Both the position numbers and the translations under genes were made by a program. Below are positions 31,299 to 39,728 of a stretch of DNA of 46,542 nt, one piece after another (the stretch's first letter is position 1; the number at the start of each line of letters is the position of its first letter). The notes under the pieces are model-generated. The model worked only from the letters and a program-made list of their open reading frames with translations, ran no database searches and had not been told where the DNA came from. The stretch is from a virus, in IMG/VR virus record IMGVR_UViG_3300045988_082870, positions 1-46,542 of that record; one strand, 5' to 3'.

Positions 31299-32029
31299 TT
31301 TAATGTTATAGTGTCAATGGTTTTTTCGTTCACATATTTAAGAGCTTCATCTTTACTTTTGTATGGACCAATTATTACAACATTTCCACATTCATCTTTT
31401 TGAATGTTTACCCATCCTTTTTTCTTTTCGGGGCGCATAAATAAGTTATCCTTGTTTTCGGGCTTATTAAGATTATTAACGCCCTCAACCGTAAATGCTT
31501 CGAGGTATTCTCCGTTTTCATCCTCTACGGCGGCGGCTATCGGATAATCTTTATCTTTTAAATCGTAACATAGAATACGCACATTTCGCTCATCTCCTGT
31601 GCATATTGCACGGCCTTGCTTTGCCGCTTCCAAATCAAATTTCTTTAAATTATTTTTTTCCATTATTGTTTCTTTAATTTCGATATAAAAAGAGTTTCTT
31701 TCATGTTTGTGCTTAGGTATTAAGCATTTATTACCTTTACGGAAGCAACAAAAATAACAACTCGTGTTTGGCTTTGCCGCCTTGATTAATTGTACTTTTT
31801 TCCCATTAATTATTGTGGGCGCACCAATATTTCTAAGTTCCACGTAGAAAACGTTTCTTCCGTCATTTCTTGTAAATCCTGCACAATCGCCAAACTCTCT
31901 GCATAGTGTTTCACTGCCGGCTTCGGCAATACAACAATTAATACACCGGGATAAATCAGCAATTTGATGTTCTATACACTGATACCATTTGCCTTCACGT
32001 TCAAACACTTCTCCGACTTTGCGCTCCAT
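31286..32029 (-). CDS. Hypothetical two-domain protein with Cys-rich N-terminal half
   Basis: 247 aa with multiple Cys pairs (CINCC, CREFGDC, CYFCC). No family recognised. Confidence 0.55.
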   Translation of the reverse strand: MERKVGEVFEREGKWYQCIEHQIADLSRCINCCIAEAGSETLCREFGDCAGFTRNDGRNVFYVELRNIGAPTIINGKKVQLIKAAKPNTSCYFCCFRKGNKCLIPKHKHERNSFYIEIKETIMEKNNLKKFDLEAAKQGRAICTGDERNVRILCYDLKDKDYPIAAAVEDENGEYLEAFTVEGVNNLNKPENKDNLFMRPEKKKGWVNIQKDECGNVVIIGPYKSKDEALKYVNEKTIDTITLNWEE

Positions 32030-32030
32030 A

Positions 32031-32318
32031 TCATTTTTTATTTAAGGGTAAAACATCGTCAACAACTTGCAAGCTGTCAACTTTCTGCTGGTACTCGTAG
32101 CACCTCTTTATCGCCGCATCTCGTTCTGTTCTCGCCTGTCCGGCAATTACTGATGATATGACAATTAATATAACTGCTTCGGCTGCCATGAAGTAATATG
32201 GGTGCTTGTGTACGATATTAGCATTTGCTACAGACTGTGCAATAGTCTTTATTCCTGCCCAAATTAGGGCAAAGCCTGCCTTTGTGCATGGCTTGTATGT
32301 AATCATTTTCTCTTCCAT
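32031..32318 (-). CDS. Small membrane protein (95 aa)
   Basis: It has the hydrophobic helices GFALIWAGI and AVILIVISSVIAG. Confidence 0.5.
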   Translation of the reverse strand: MEEKMITYKPCTKAGFALIWAGIKTIAQSVANANIVHKHPYYFMAAEAVILIVISSVIAGQARTERDAAIKRCYEYQQKVDSLQVVDDVLPLNKK

Positions 32319-32527
32319 TATGGTATTTGTTTTGTTACTTTGAAAACCGGGATAAATAGCAAAATGTAATACGTTGTCTTATATCTCGCCTGCCCGGTTT
32401 CCGGGTTGAAATAAATAATCTTTCTGCGTTTTATAATTAGCAGTCTTGACGCTAATATAAGTAATGCCAAGACTGCGTTTACTGCTATTCTTAATTTGTA
32501 ATGTTTCATATCAGAACGGTAAATCAT
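32318..32527 (-). CDS. Small membrane protein (69 aa)
   Basis: It has the hydrophobic helices AVNAVLALLILASRLLII and YYILLFIPVF. Confidence 0.45.
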   Translation of the reverse strand: MIYRSDMKHYKLRIAVNAVLALLILASRLLIIKRRKIIYFNPETGQARYKTTYYILLFIPVFKVTKQIP

Positions 32528-32864
32528 CTTCCGGGTCGGGCTGTGCTTCTTCTGTTACTTCTGCCTGTTTAGCCTTGACAGGCGATAATGAGCCGACTAT
32601 TGGAATTGCCTTGCGCTCGTCCTCTGTCATGCGCTCATATTCTTCTTTTTGCAACGTAGGCTTTATTATGTGTGTTTGCCCATACTTCTCTTCCTTGGTC
32701 GCAAATACGCTGAAATCTTGGTAAATGCCGCCCTTTTCCGACAGGAAAATATTGTTTTCTTCTACCGGGATAAGTACACACTTAACTTTGCCTGTCTTGC
32801 CCTGTATGTTTGCCACGCCTACTCTCTTCAGCTTGGCATAGTCTATTTTTAAATTATAATTCAT
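32511..32864 (-). CDS. Short SSB-like protein with canonical acidic DDLPF tip
   Basis: 117 aa. The C-terminus PDPEDDLPF matches the SSB C-terminal protein-interaction tip (D-D-[DI]-[IL]-P-F). The preceding linker is disordered, and the N-terminus is a small beta-rich domain. Confidence 0.55.
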   Translation of the reverse strand: MNYNLKIDYAKLKRVGVANIQGKTGKVKCVLIPVEENNIFLSEKGGIYQDFSVFATKEEKYGQTHIIKPTLQKEEYERMTEDERKAIPIVGSLSPVKAKQAEVTEEAQPDPEDDLPF

Positions 32865-32904
32865 AAAGTTGTTTTATTTGTTTTCAAAAATAAGGAAATT
32901 TTCT

Positions 32905-33066
32905 TTATATTTCCTCTAATTTCTCATTTTTCTTAATATATTCTATTGCTGTGTCAATAGCTTTGCCGATTTCTTTCGGCTGGGGCATTGGTATGTCTGC
33001 CCCTCTGCGCCAGCGGTTGTAATGCTGCAATAGCTTTACTGTTTCTTTAATGTCCTGTTTCGCCAT
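32905..33066 (-). CDS. Small hypothetical protein (53 aa), below the ORF-track cutoff
   Basis: ATG at 33066 and TAA at 32905-32907. Translation: MAKQDIKETVKLLQHYNRWRRGADIPMPQPKEIGKAIDTAIEYIKKNEKLEEI. It fills the gap upstream of the SSB-like gene. Confidence 0.5.
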   Translation of the reverse strand: MAKQDIKETVKLLQHYNRWRRGADIPMPQPKEIGKAIDTAIEYIKKNEKLEEI

Positions 33067-33293
33067 TTTAATTCATCCTTATATTTTTTAGTTTTAAATA
33101 TAATCTTATTTGATATTTTGTCAATAATAATATCTGCTATTAATACCCATGACATAAGGCTAAATATAATTATAGCACAGATGTCTGATATTGTAATGTA
33201 ATGTTGCCTTTTTATTTTTATATATACTAATAATGCTGCGCTAATAGCATAACCGGCTAAGTATAATAATAGTATTTTCATTTTACTGCCCAA
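33036..33293 (-). CDS. Small membrane protein (85 aa, 2 TM)
   Basis: It has the hydrophobic helices ILLLYLAGYAISAALLVYI and ICAIIIFSLMSWVLIADIII. AT-rich. Confidence 0.5.
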   Translation of the reverse strand: MGSKMKILLLYLAGYAISAALLVYIKIKRQHYITISDICAIIIFSLMSWVLIADIIIDKISNKIIFKTKKYKDELKWRNRTLKKQ

Positions 33294-33585
33294 TCAAATC
33301 TTTAACGTATGCCCAGCGCTTGGTGTTAGCTGAATCATAGGTGTAGTCTAACTCGAACTCGCCATTGTTTAGTTCTATTAGCATTAAATATAAACTTGGC
33401 TCGCCGTTATTTGGCTTGTGCCATACGTTATTTATGCACAACTTTACGCACTGCGTGCAATTTATTTCTCTGTGAGCCATTTCTATTGCTCTTATAGCAT
33501 CTGCCTTTGCCACCATTTCGCATGAATGATGTTCATATCCGTTATCGTTGATAACCTTTGATTGTATAAATTCTTCTGCTGTCAT
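33283..33585 (-). CDS. Hypothetical protein (100 aa)
   Basis: ORF track; overlapping stop/start junctions with both neighbours. Confidence 0.55.
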   Translation of the reverse strand: MTAEEFIQSKVINDNGYEHHSCEMVAKADAIRAIEMAHREINCTQCVKLCINNVWHKPNNGEPSLYLMLIELNNGEFELDYTYDSANTKRWAYVKDLIGQ

Positions 33586-33914
33586 AATTTATTTATATCT
33601 GTTTTGCTTTGTTCTTTTATGTCATTAAAATTAAAGTATAGAGTTTTATGATACAACTCTGCTGCTCTTTGTTCAAGTAAGCAGCCCTCTGAATACTCCC
33701 AGCCGTCAAGGAACAGCACAGCATCACATTCAAGCAACGCTGTTATGTCTTTACCCATGTGTTCAGCGTAGGAAGCATCCGGGTTCGGTGATACTTCAAG
33801 CGGTGAAACTGCCGTATGTCCTTTCTTTTCGATAACTCCGGCTGCGAATATACAAGACGCTTCTACTTCTTCCATATCTCTCCCGGTTATGGGTAAACTT
33901 ATGTATATTTTCAT
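33582..33914 (-). CDS. DUF4406 / nucleoside 2-deoxyribosyltransferase-like protein
   Basis: The sequence MKIYISLPITG...SPLEV...CDAVLFLDGWEYSEGCLLE fits the DUF4406 pattern. The likely start is the ATG at 33914, which overlaps the upstream stop as ATGA. The track ORF extends to 34067. Confidence 0.65.
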   Translation of the reverse strand: MKIYISLPITGRDMEEVEASCIFAAGVIEKKGHTAVSPLEVSPNPDASYAEHMGKDITALLECDAVLFLDGWEYSEGCLLEQRAAELYHKTLYFNFNDIKEQSKTDINKL

Positions 33915-34258
33915 TGCTTTTTGTTTTTTAATTTTTCTATAAGTGCATCTGCTATCATAACTGATTTCTCGGCCACTTCTTGGGCGGTAAATCCTTGTTC
34001 CCGGCCTATTACTATAATTAAACTTTGCATCGCCGCCGTGGCCGCATTTGCCCTTATCGTGCGCCAATCTGTATAAGGTGCATAATCGGTTACAGTAATA
34101 TAATCGCTGCCGATATTATACTGTGTTCCGTCCGGCATTTCGCACACATAATAGTAATCACCCACTCCACAATAGCCGGTTATCATTTCGACTTCCGTGC
34201 CTATTGGCAACGTACTGTTATCGTTTAACTTATATTCTTTGTTTAATATTCCTTTCAT
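33911..34258 (-). CDS. Hypothetical protein (115 aa)
   Basis: ORF track; packed in the operon. Confidence 0.55.
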   Translation of the reverse strand: MKGILNKEYKLNDNSTLPIGTEVEMITGYCGVGDYYYVCEMPDGTQYNIGSDYITVTDYAPYTDWRTIRANAATAAMQSLIIVIGREQGFTAQEVAEKSVMIADALIEKLKNKKQ

Positions 34259-34259
34259 G

Positions 34260-34781
34260 TTATTTTATTTTATTTAAGTCCAAAAACCAACCTTTGCCAA
34301 ATCTTAACTTAGCTATTTTTATAGCTTGTTCCACAGCTTCTTTTTTCGTATTAAATGCGTTTGTCCTATATCCAGGGTGATAACTTTGCCATCTTATAGG
34401 GTCTTGTCCAATTTCTTTCTTTGATAATTCACGCATAACCTCTATTTTATAAATAGGGTCATATTTCCCACTGTTATTCCTGCAAATTTGTGAAAATTCT
34501 TCACAAATATAACCCATGTGGGTTGTTATATTTCCATTGTTATCTTTAGTTAATAATCTTATACCGTCAGCAATTATTGCAGCATAATAGTGTACTGCTC
34601 CGGCTGCAATACCTCGAAAAGTAGATATATCAATTCTTACTTTACGTGGTTTGTTCGTTTCGACATATATATCGGGTCTTGTTTTTATTTTTAAGTCCAA
34701 ACCATAATCAACAGGTATTACATCGGGATAATTTCCGTCATCATAAGATAAATGAACTGCTTCTTTTAATGTCATAATCAA
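34260..34781 (-). CDS. Hypothetical protein (173 aa)
   Basis: ORF track; AT-rich; no motif recognised. Confidence 0.55.
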   Translation of the reverse strand: MIMTLKEAVHLSYDDGNYPDVIPVDYGLDLKIKTRPDIYVETNKPRKVRIDISTFRGIAAGAVHYYAAIIADGIRLLTKDNNGNITTHMGYICEEFSQICRNNSGKYDPIYKIEVMRELSKKEIGQDPIRWQSYHPGYRTNAFNTKKEAVEQAIKIAKLRFGKGWFLDLNKIK

Positions 34782-34792
34782 TTATTTTTTAT

Positions 34793-35497
34793 TTAATCAT
34801 TATTATTTAAATCTTTTGCCTGCTGCATAGCATAGCCCCACGCCTTTGGGTCTGCCAACTTATTGATGATAACTTCGCATCCGTTTCGGATATTAGTATC
34901 TGTCAACAAATCAATGTCGCCGCTTATACAAGGTTTCATGAGCGCATCGGCCATTACTGACAGGCGATGATTTATTGCCGCACAATTCAACGATTGGATG
35001 TTCGCCTGTGCGCTGCATTTCTCTCCGGCCTTGCTAAACACGTTGTATCTTATGAACTTGCGGCTAACCTTATCGACATAGCTCTTGGCGTTGCTGGCTA
35101 TTGCTTGCGCTATTAGTATTAAGGCGAACGCATGGCGATATTCTATTCTCGGGTATCGTCCGAGATAGTTTGAAATGGCAACGTGTAATTTGTTTATGTC
35201 CGGCTCTATAATTCCGTACATCGAATTACCGAAATCAGCCATCCACGCCGCATCATCCTGTTCTCTTAACTGTTCTTTTATCGCCCTTGACAATCTTGTG
35301 TTTTCCTTTTTTATTGCAGATATAGAGCCAAGTACTTTGTACTTTATCAAATGTGGGCATTCTTCTTCCAGCCTGTCGATTGCGTCTGTTGCTATTATCA
35401 TCGTCATGTGCGCCATTGCGGCCGCTCCGTATATAGCCGCCATATATTCTTTGCGGCTTTGCTCTACAAGCATATTAGATATTAAGTCCTTAACCAT
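34793..35497 (-). CDS. Hypothetical helical protein (234 aa)
   Basis: ORF track; no motif recognised. Confidence 0.55.
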   Translation of the reverse strand: MVKDLISNMLVEQSRKEYMAAIYGAAAMAHMTMIIATDAIDRLEEECPHLIKYKVLGSISAIKKENTRLSRAIKEQLREQDDAAWMADFGNSMYGIIEPDINKLHVAISNYLGRYPRIEYRHAFALILIAQAIASNAKSYVDKVSRKFIRYNVFSKAGEKCSAQANIQSLNCAAINHRLSVMADALMKPCISGDIDLLTDTNIRNGCEVIINKLADPKAWGYAMQQAKDLNNND

Positions 35498-35823
35498 TAT
35501 TTTTCGTTTATTAATTCGACAAATCTTTTAACATAATCACAATTTTTAATCGTGCAGCTAACATGGCCGATACGATTATAACAGCAGTTCCAATTCGGAC
35601 ACGCCCGGCGATGTGCTTCAATGGCCTTTTGCTTTATATCCTCAATTTGCTTTCTTGCTTCTTGTTCATGACACTTAACGCCTTTTTTGAAGCCGTCCAC
35701 AAATGAATTTGAACATACTTGCATATATGTTTCCGGGCACACCTTGTGCGCTTTCAAGACCGGGCATTTAGCGCAAGCTCTACTGTTGCCATTTGCCCTT
35801 TTTGCTTCTTTCGTCACATTCAT
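35497..35823 (-). CDS. Cys-rich hypothetical protein (108 aa)
   Basis: Eleven Cys, including CAKCP and CPNWNCC. Confidence 0.55.
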   Translation of the reverse strand: MNVTKEAKRANGNSRACAKCPVLKAHKVCPETYMQVCSNSFVDGFKKGVKCHEQEARKQIEDIKQKAIEAHRRACPNWNCCYNRIGHVSCTIKNCDYVKRFVELINEK

Positions 35824-35826
35824 AGG

Positions 35827-36198
35827 TTACTTCAATTTTGGGTTTTCAAACAAATATTCAAATTTCGCATCGCTCCAGCCTGCTGCGTGGTTGAGTGCTT
35901 TCCTGTCCTCGTCATGTACAAACTCATACCAGCCTGTTGTGCTTCCGGGCATTCCGCCGGTCTTTCTGTTTAATTTCATCTGCCGGCCAACAATATAACG
36001 TGCGTACTTAATATATTGGCAGGTCGGCGTAATACTCTTTATTCGTACTATCGAGCCAACGCCGGGCGTTTTCGGCGGTATTAATAATTCCATTTTTTGG
36101 CCGTGTGGCGTTTTCTTCTGAAATATGTGTAATCTATTACCGTTGTACCCGAACGCCTGTGTACGGGGCTTATTTTCGTTCAAATTCTTAATTCTCAT
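35827..36198 (-). CDS. Hypothetical basic protein (123 aa)
   Basis: ORF track; 4-nt overlap with the upstream gene. Confidence 0.55.
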   Translation of the reverse strand: MRIKNLNENKPRTQAFGYNGNRLHIFQKKTPHGQKMELLIPPKTPGVGSIVRIKSITPTCQYIKYARYIVGRQMKLNRKTGGMPGSTTGWYEFVHDEDRKALNHAAGWSDAKFEYLFENPKLK

Positions 36199-36680
36199 TT
36201 CTCTTTGTCTTTTATGTTGTAATCACTTTTAAGTTCTGCGATTATTTTCTGATTTTTCTCGTATATCCTCATGGCCTTGCGGTTTCCATTTTCCCATTGG
36301 TTGTGATGTTCCAAACAAAGGATATTTATGTTTCTCGGGTCGTTGGCCATTTCCGGGTTGCCGCCACGTGTCATTATATGGCTGCAAAATGTAGCCGAGT
36401 AATATTGTAACGGCTTTCCGCACTCCTCGCAAAAATGCGGTTTGTTTTGCCAAATCCAACGGAAAAACTTCGCATCCGCCTTGCGTATGTCTTTGCCCCG
36501 GCTGCCAAAATAACGCTCCTGCAATTCTTTGCGTAACTTAATATCAACTTTGAAATATCTATTAGGCAGGAGAGGCTGATATCCTCTCCTGTTTACAAAG
36601 TCATATTCGGCCTTAGTCGTCAGTATTATCTGTTCCATTTTCGCTCCATTCTTCTTTGCCCATAGGCTCGCCAAATTCAT
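36195..36680 (-). CDS. HNH / NinG(Rap)-like endonuclease
   Basis: The segment CEECGKPL...FCSHIMTRGGNPEMANDPRNINILCLEHHNQWENG shows a CxxC zinc knuckle plus His-Asn-His-type core. The real start is probably Met15 (36638). Confidence 0.55.
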   Translation of the reverse strand: MNLASLWAKKNGAKMEQIILTTKAEYDFVNRRGYQPLLPNRYFKVDIKLRKELQERYFGSRGKDIRKADAKFFRWIWQNKPHFCEECGKPLQYYSATFCSHIMTRGGNPEMANDPRNINILCLEHHNQWENGNRKAMRIYEKNQKIIAELKSDYNIKDKEK

Positions 36681-37218
36681 CGAAGATTTCTAACTGCGCC
36701 TTTTTGTTTTTAAACAGGAACAAATAAACTTCACGCTCTATCTGTCCGACTATTTCTTCCATATCTATCTCAAAGCCATACAGGGCGTCTGAAAACTTCA
36801 TACGGTGAGTGTTTATCGCCATTTTCTGATTGTTTGGCGATATTATCGTGCCGGTTAGTACTACTCCGACATTATCATCCTTGCCGGATAGGCTCAAGCC
36901 GATTACCTTAATGCTGGCCAATATCGTTTCTGTTAGATTTTTGGCTAATGCAATTTGCGCCTTTGTGGCCTTGAATTTCTCGTCTTTTACAGTTCGCTCA
37001 AACATATCTAAGTAAAACACTTGTGCGATGAATGGCTTTAGTTTGTCGAACAACTGCTGCAAGTCCGGGTGTATATCCTTGCTTGATGCGAGGTGATAAT
37101 TTTCCCTGTAAATCTCTTCGCCGCACTTTTCTTCAACCTCGAAGTGGACATCAAGTCCGCCGCCGTTGATAATTTTTACTTTGCTTAGATAAAAAGCACT
37201 TTCATTTGGTGTTTTCAT
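36613..37218 (-). CDS. Hypothetical protein with acidic C-terminal tail (201 aa)
   Basis: ORF track. It lies two genes downstream of the SMC-like ATPase and is preceded by hairpin copy 4. Confidence 0.55.
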   Translation of the reverse strand: MKTPNESAFYLSKVKIINGGGLDVHFEVEEKCGEEIYRENYHLASSKDIHPDLQQLFDKLKPFIAQVFYLDMFERTVKDEKFKATKAQIALAKNLTETILASIKVIGLSLSGKDDNVGVVLTGTIISPNNQKMAINTHRMKFSDALYGFEIDMEEIVGQIEREVYLFLFKNKKAQLEIFDEFGEPMGKEEWSENGTDNTDD

Positions 37219-37225
37219 TATTCAT

Positions 37226-37270
37226 TCATTTATGCCCTCGCTCGCCCTGCCGAGCTTGGGCGGTTATTAT
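37226..37270 (-). promoter_or_regulatory. Intergenic GC-rich hairpin, divergent 4th member of the GNRA-hairpin family
   Basis: It has the same flanks (AUAAUAACC ... AUAAAU) around GCCC-AA-GCUCG-GCAGGG-CGAGC-GA-GGGC (37234..37261). Confidence 0.45.
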
Positions 37271-37707
37271 ATCGTAGCAGGGTCGTCAATTATTACATAA
37301 CAATTTTCAGCCATGAGCTGTTTTATTGTTTCAATATGTTCTATAAGTTCGGAATTGTCCAAGTCTTTAACTTCTCGCAAGACGCTCATATATTGGCCGC
37401 TGTCCGGGTCTGCCGTCTGCAAGTGCATTATGGGCGACATCTCACGCAGCCACCGCTCTGTCTGCTCGTCCGTCTTTCTGTCGCCGCTCTCCCACAAAGC
37501 ATGCCTGCACCTCGGTACAACATAATTGAAATAATAGCCTTTCAATGCTTCTGATGTCTTTGGAGCATACACCCGGAATGTAGCTATTATCCGGGTGTTT
37601 GGCCAATTCTTGCAAAAGTCTTTCAGTTCTTCCATATACATCGAGAGCCGGCCGTCATTCGTTATACGGCCGCAAATCTCAATCGTGTGCTTCTTCATAC
37701 TTTTCAA
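37267..37707 (-). CDS. Hypothetical protein (146 aa)
   Basis: ORF track. It overlaps the ATPase 3' end by 29 nt. Confidence 0.55.
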   Translation of the reverse strand: MKSMKKHTIEICGRITNDGRLSMYMEELKDFCKNWPNTRIIATFRVYAPKTSEALKGYYFNYVVPRCRHALWESGDRKTDEQTERWLREMSPIMHLQTADPDSGQYMSVLREVKDLDNSELIEHIETIKQLMAENCYVIIDDPATI

Positions 37708-39121
37708 CTCTTAATTCATCCTGCTCTCTTACTACTTGCTCAACAAACCCCTGGAAACCGTTATCTTTTGCGAATTTTACAAGGGCTTCGAGCTTCTTCT
37801 TTCCCAAACTTTCGCCCCGGGCGATGCGGAAAACCTTAACTTTGGGGTTTTTGGCAATTATAAGTTTCGCCGCAACTTCCATTATTTGGCTATCGCTTAC
37901 CCTGCCGGCAACAAATGGTATGCCGTTAAGCTCCAAGCCATCCTCGGTAAATGTAAGGCCGTTTATTGGTATCTCCGATTTGTTGATATAATTCTCTCGC
38001 TTGTCGGCAAGCTCTTTCAGCTTCTTCTCGTGTCCTGCGACCTTGGCCGCTGCTGCGTTCTTGTCGTTCTCGGCCTTAGCGTAGTCGGCAACCTTTCGGT
38101 GCATCTCGTTGTGGTGCTTGGCGTTTGCGATAAGTTCTGTTACATCCTGCGGCTTGTTGTTCTCATAGTCCTGTAACCACTTATTGCAGTTATTTCGCCG
38201 GTTTATTGCATCGGCTTCTTTCGCCTTAACATCGTCTATTAGTGCCCTGTAATCGGCTATTGTCTTAGCCTTTTCGTTGTCAATATTATTTATCTTTTCA
38301 TTGTATTTGTTTGTTAGCTCCTCAATAGCCCTGTCAAGCTCTGATTTGGCGTTTGCCTTTTCTTGCTCTGCGGTTAATTCTGCGTCTTTTATTTGCTGCT
38401 GATAGTCCTCGATTAATGCCGGCGTGTCGGCAATGGTCTTTTCACGTTCTTCAAGTAACTGCCTTACTGATTTAGCTTTCTCGTCTAACTTCACGGCCTG
38501 CGCCTGCTGTTGCATTAATGCTTCCATGTCTATTTCTTCGGCATATTCTTTTATATCGGCCGGCGTCACTTCCTGTTGTATCTTTGCAAATACGCCGGTG
38601 TACATCTTTAATTCGGCGTTATCCGTCTTGCGCTGTTCCTTGATTTGCGATACCTGTGCGTCTATATCGGCAATGGCCTTTTGCGTTTCCTCGCTTAGTA
38701 AAGATTTTACGATTTGCACCTGTTTGCGTCTGCCCTCGGCCGTTTCGCTCCACGCCACAAACTCGTTAGCGTCAAAGTCTTGATAGCCGAAAATATCCTG
38801 TAACGCTGTTATTCGGTCAGACCTCAGCCCGGTGTCCTTGCTGGTTATTGTTATCGTGCCCCGGGGATTTGCCTTTGTCATAGATAACTTCACTTCATAT
38901 TCTTTGCCGTCATCTCCAACAATTATCTTTGCATATCCTTTGTCCTCGCCGTTTCGTAACACTTCGTCACGGCTGCCGGTTAGCAAAACCATTATTGACT
39001 TTAGCAGGGTGCTTTTGCCAAGCTCGTTTTCGCCGGTAACCAAATAAACGTTGCCGTCAAAATCACTCGTAAATTCCTTAATTGCTTGGAAATTCTTTAA
39101 TTCAATTCTTTTAATATACAT
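37679..39121 (-). CDS. SMC/Rad50/RecF-like ABC ATPase with a long coiled-coil insert
   Basis: The N-terminus is IKRIELKNFQAI...VYLVTGENELGKSTLL (Walker A). A coiled coil of about 250 aa follows. The C-terminal part has a signature-like RVSDSQ and a Walker B-like GFQGFVEQV. Confidence 0.75.
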   Translation of the reverse strand: MYIKRIELKNFQAIKEFTSDFDGNVYLVTGENELGKSTLLKSIMVLLTGSRDEVLRNGEDKGYAKIIVGDDGKEYEVKLSMTKANPRGTITITSKDTGLRSDRITALQDIFGYQDFDANEFVAWSETAEGRRKQVQIVKSLLSEETQKAIADIDAQVSQIKEQRKTDNAELKMYTGVFAKIQQEVTPADIKEYAEEIDMEALMQQQAQAVKLDEKAKSVRQLLEEREKTIADTPALIEDYQQQIKDAELTAEQEKANAKSELDRAIEELTNKYNEKINNIDNEKAKTIADYRALIDDVKAKEADAINRRNNCNKWLQDYENNKPQDVTELIANAKHHNEMHRKVADYAKAENDKNAAAAKVAGHEKKLKELADKRENYINKSEIPINGLTFTEDGLELNGIPFVAGRVSDSQIMEVAAKLIIAKNPKVKVFRIARGESLGKKKLEALVKFAKDNGFQGFVEQVVREQDELRVEKYEEAHD

Positions 39122-39128
39122 ATCTCTC

Positions 39129-39166
39129 GGTTTTATGCCGGGGTTGCCCCCGGCTGGTTATTTATT
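39129..39166 (-). promoter_or_regulatory. Intergenic GNRA-tetraloop hairpin, copy 2
   Basis: The minus-strand RNA reads AAUAACCA GCCGGGG-GCAA-CCCCGGC AUAAAACC (hairpin 39137..39154). It lies between the stop at 39170 and the ATG at 39121. Confidence 0.6.
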
Positions 39167-39169
39167 ATC

Positions 39170-39358
39170 TTAATAATTTTCAAAAATATCCATTGCAGTA
39201 CAAAGACTTGGCATTTCTTCTTCTTGAATTATTTTTCCACGTTTTTCCTCTACAAAAAACATTCCTTGGTTTATGCCGGTTTCGTCATATCTTTCTTCAA
39301 TCCTAATATTTGTGTTGTTTTTTGAAATTTTACATGCTACAATTTTTATACGTTTCAT
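39170..39358 (-). CDS. Hypothetical protein (62 aa), first gene after early promoter C
   Basis: ORF track; AT-rich; bracketed by the leader hairpin and the GNRA hairpin. Confidence 0.5.
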   Translation of the reverse strand: MKRIKIVACKISKNNTNIRIEERYDETGINQGMFFVEEKRGKIIQEEEMPSLCTAMDIFENY

Positions 39359-39379
39359 ATTTCTTATTTTTAACAGTTT

Positions 39380-39452
39380 CCGGGTAACCGCCCGGTCGGC
39401 TTTTATTTCTTATTTCTGATGCAAAGATAAAGAAAAATTTTAAATACACAAA
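39380..39452 (-). promoter_or_regulatory. Early promoter C plus conserved leader hairpin
   Basis: On the minus strand: TTTG (39449..39452), a 19-nt spacer, then TATCTTTG (39422..39429). The leader hairpin GACCGGGCGGUUACCCGGAAAC follows at 39380..39395. Confidence 0.75.
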
Positions 39453-39470
39453 ATATTTTCCGTATTTTTT

Positions 39471-39713
39471 TTAGAAAAAATATTGCTGCCGGTCGAATAT
39501 CCGTTCTAATATCGCATCGACATCATGCTCCAGCTTTTTACTTGTTTGCAAAACGTTCTTATCTCGTGTTGCGAAATATCTGCGCTGCGCATGGCGCATA
39601 TCTTTTACCAACGATGCAAACTTATCTAATGTTATTTCGCCTAAATTTTGCGCACAACCGTTTGTTTCCATTTCTTCGTGTACTTTATTGTATTTGTAAT
39701 TTAGCGTCCGCAT
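39471..39713 (-). CDS. Hypothetical protein (80 aa)
   Basis: ORF track; last gene of the unit that begins at promoter D. Confidence 0.55.
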   Translation of the reverse strand: MRTLNYKYNKVHEEMETNGCAQNLGEITLDKFASLVKDMRHAQRRYFATRDKNVLQTSKKLEHDVDAILERIFDRQQYFF

Positions 39714-39728
39714 ATCGTAAAAAAACGG

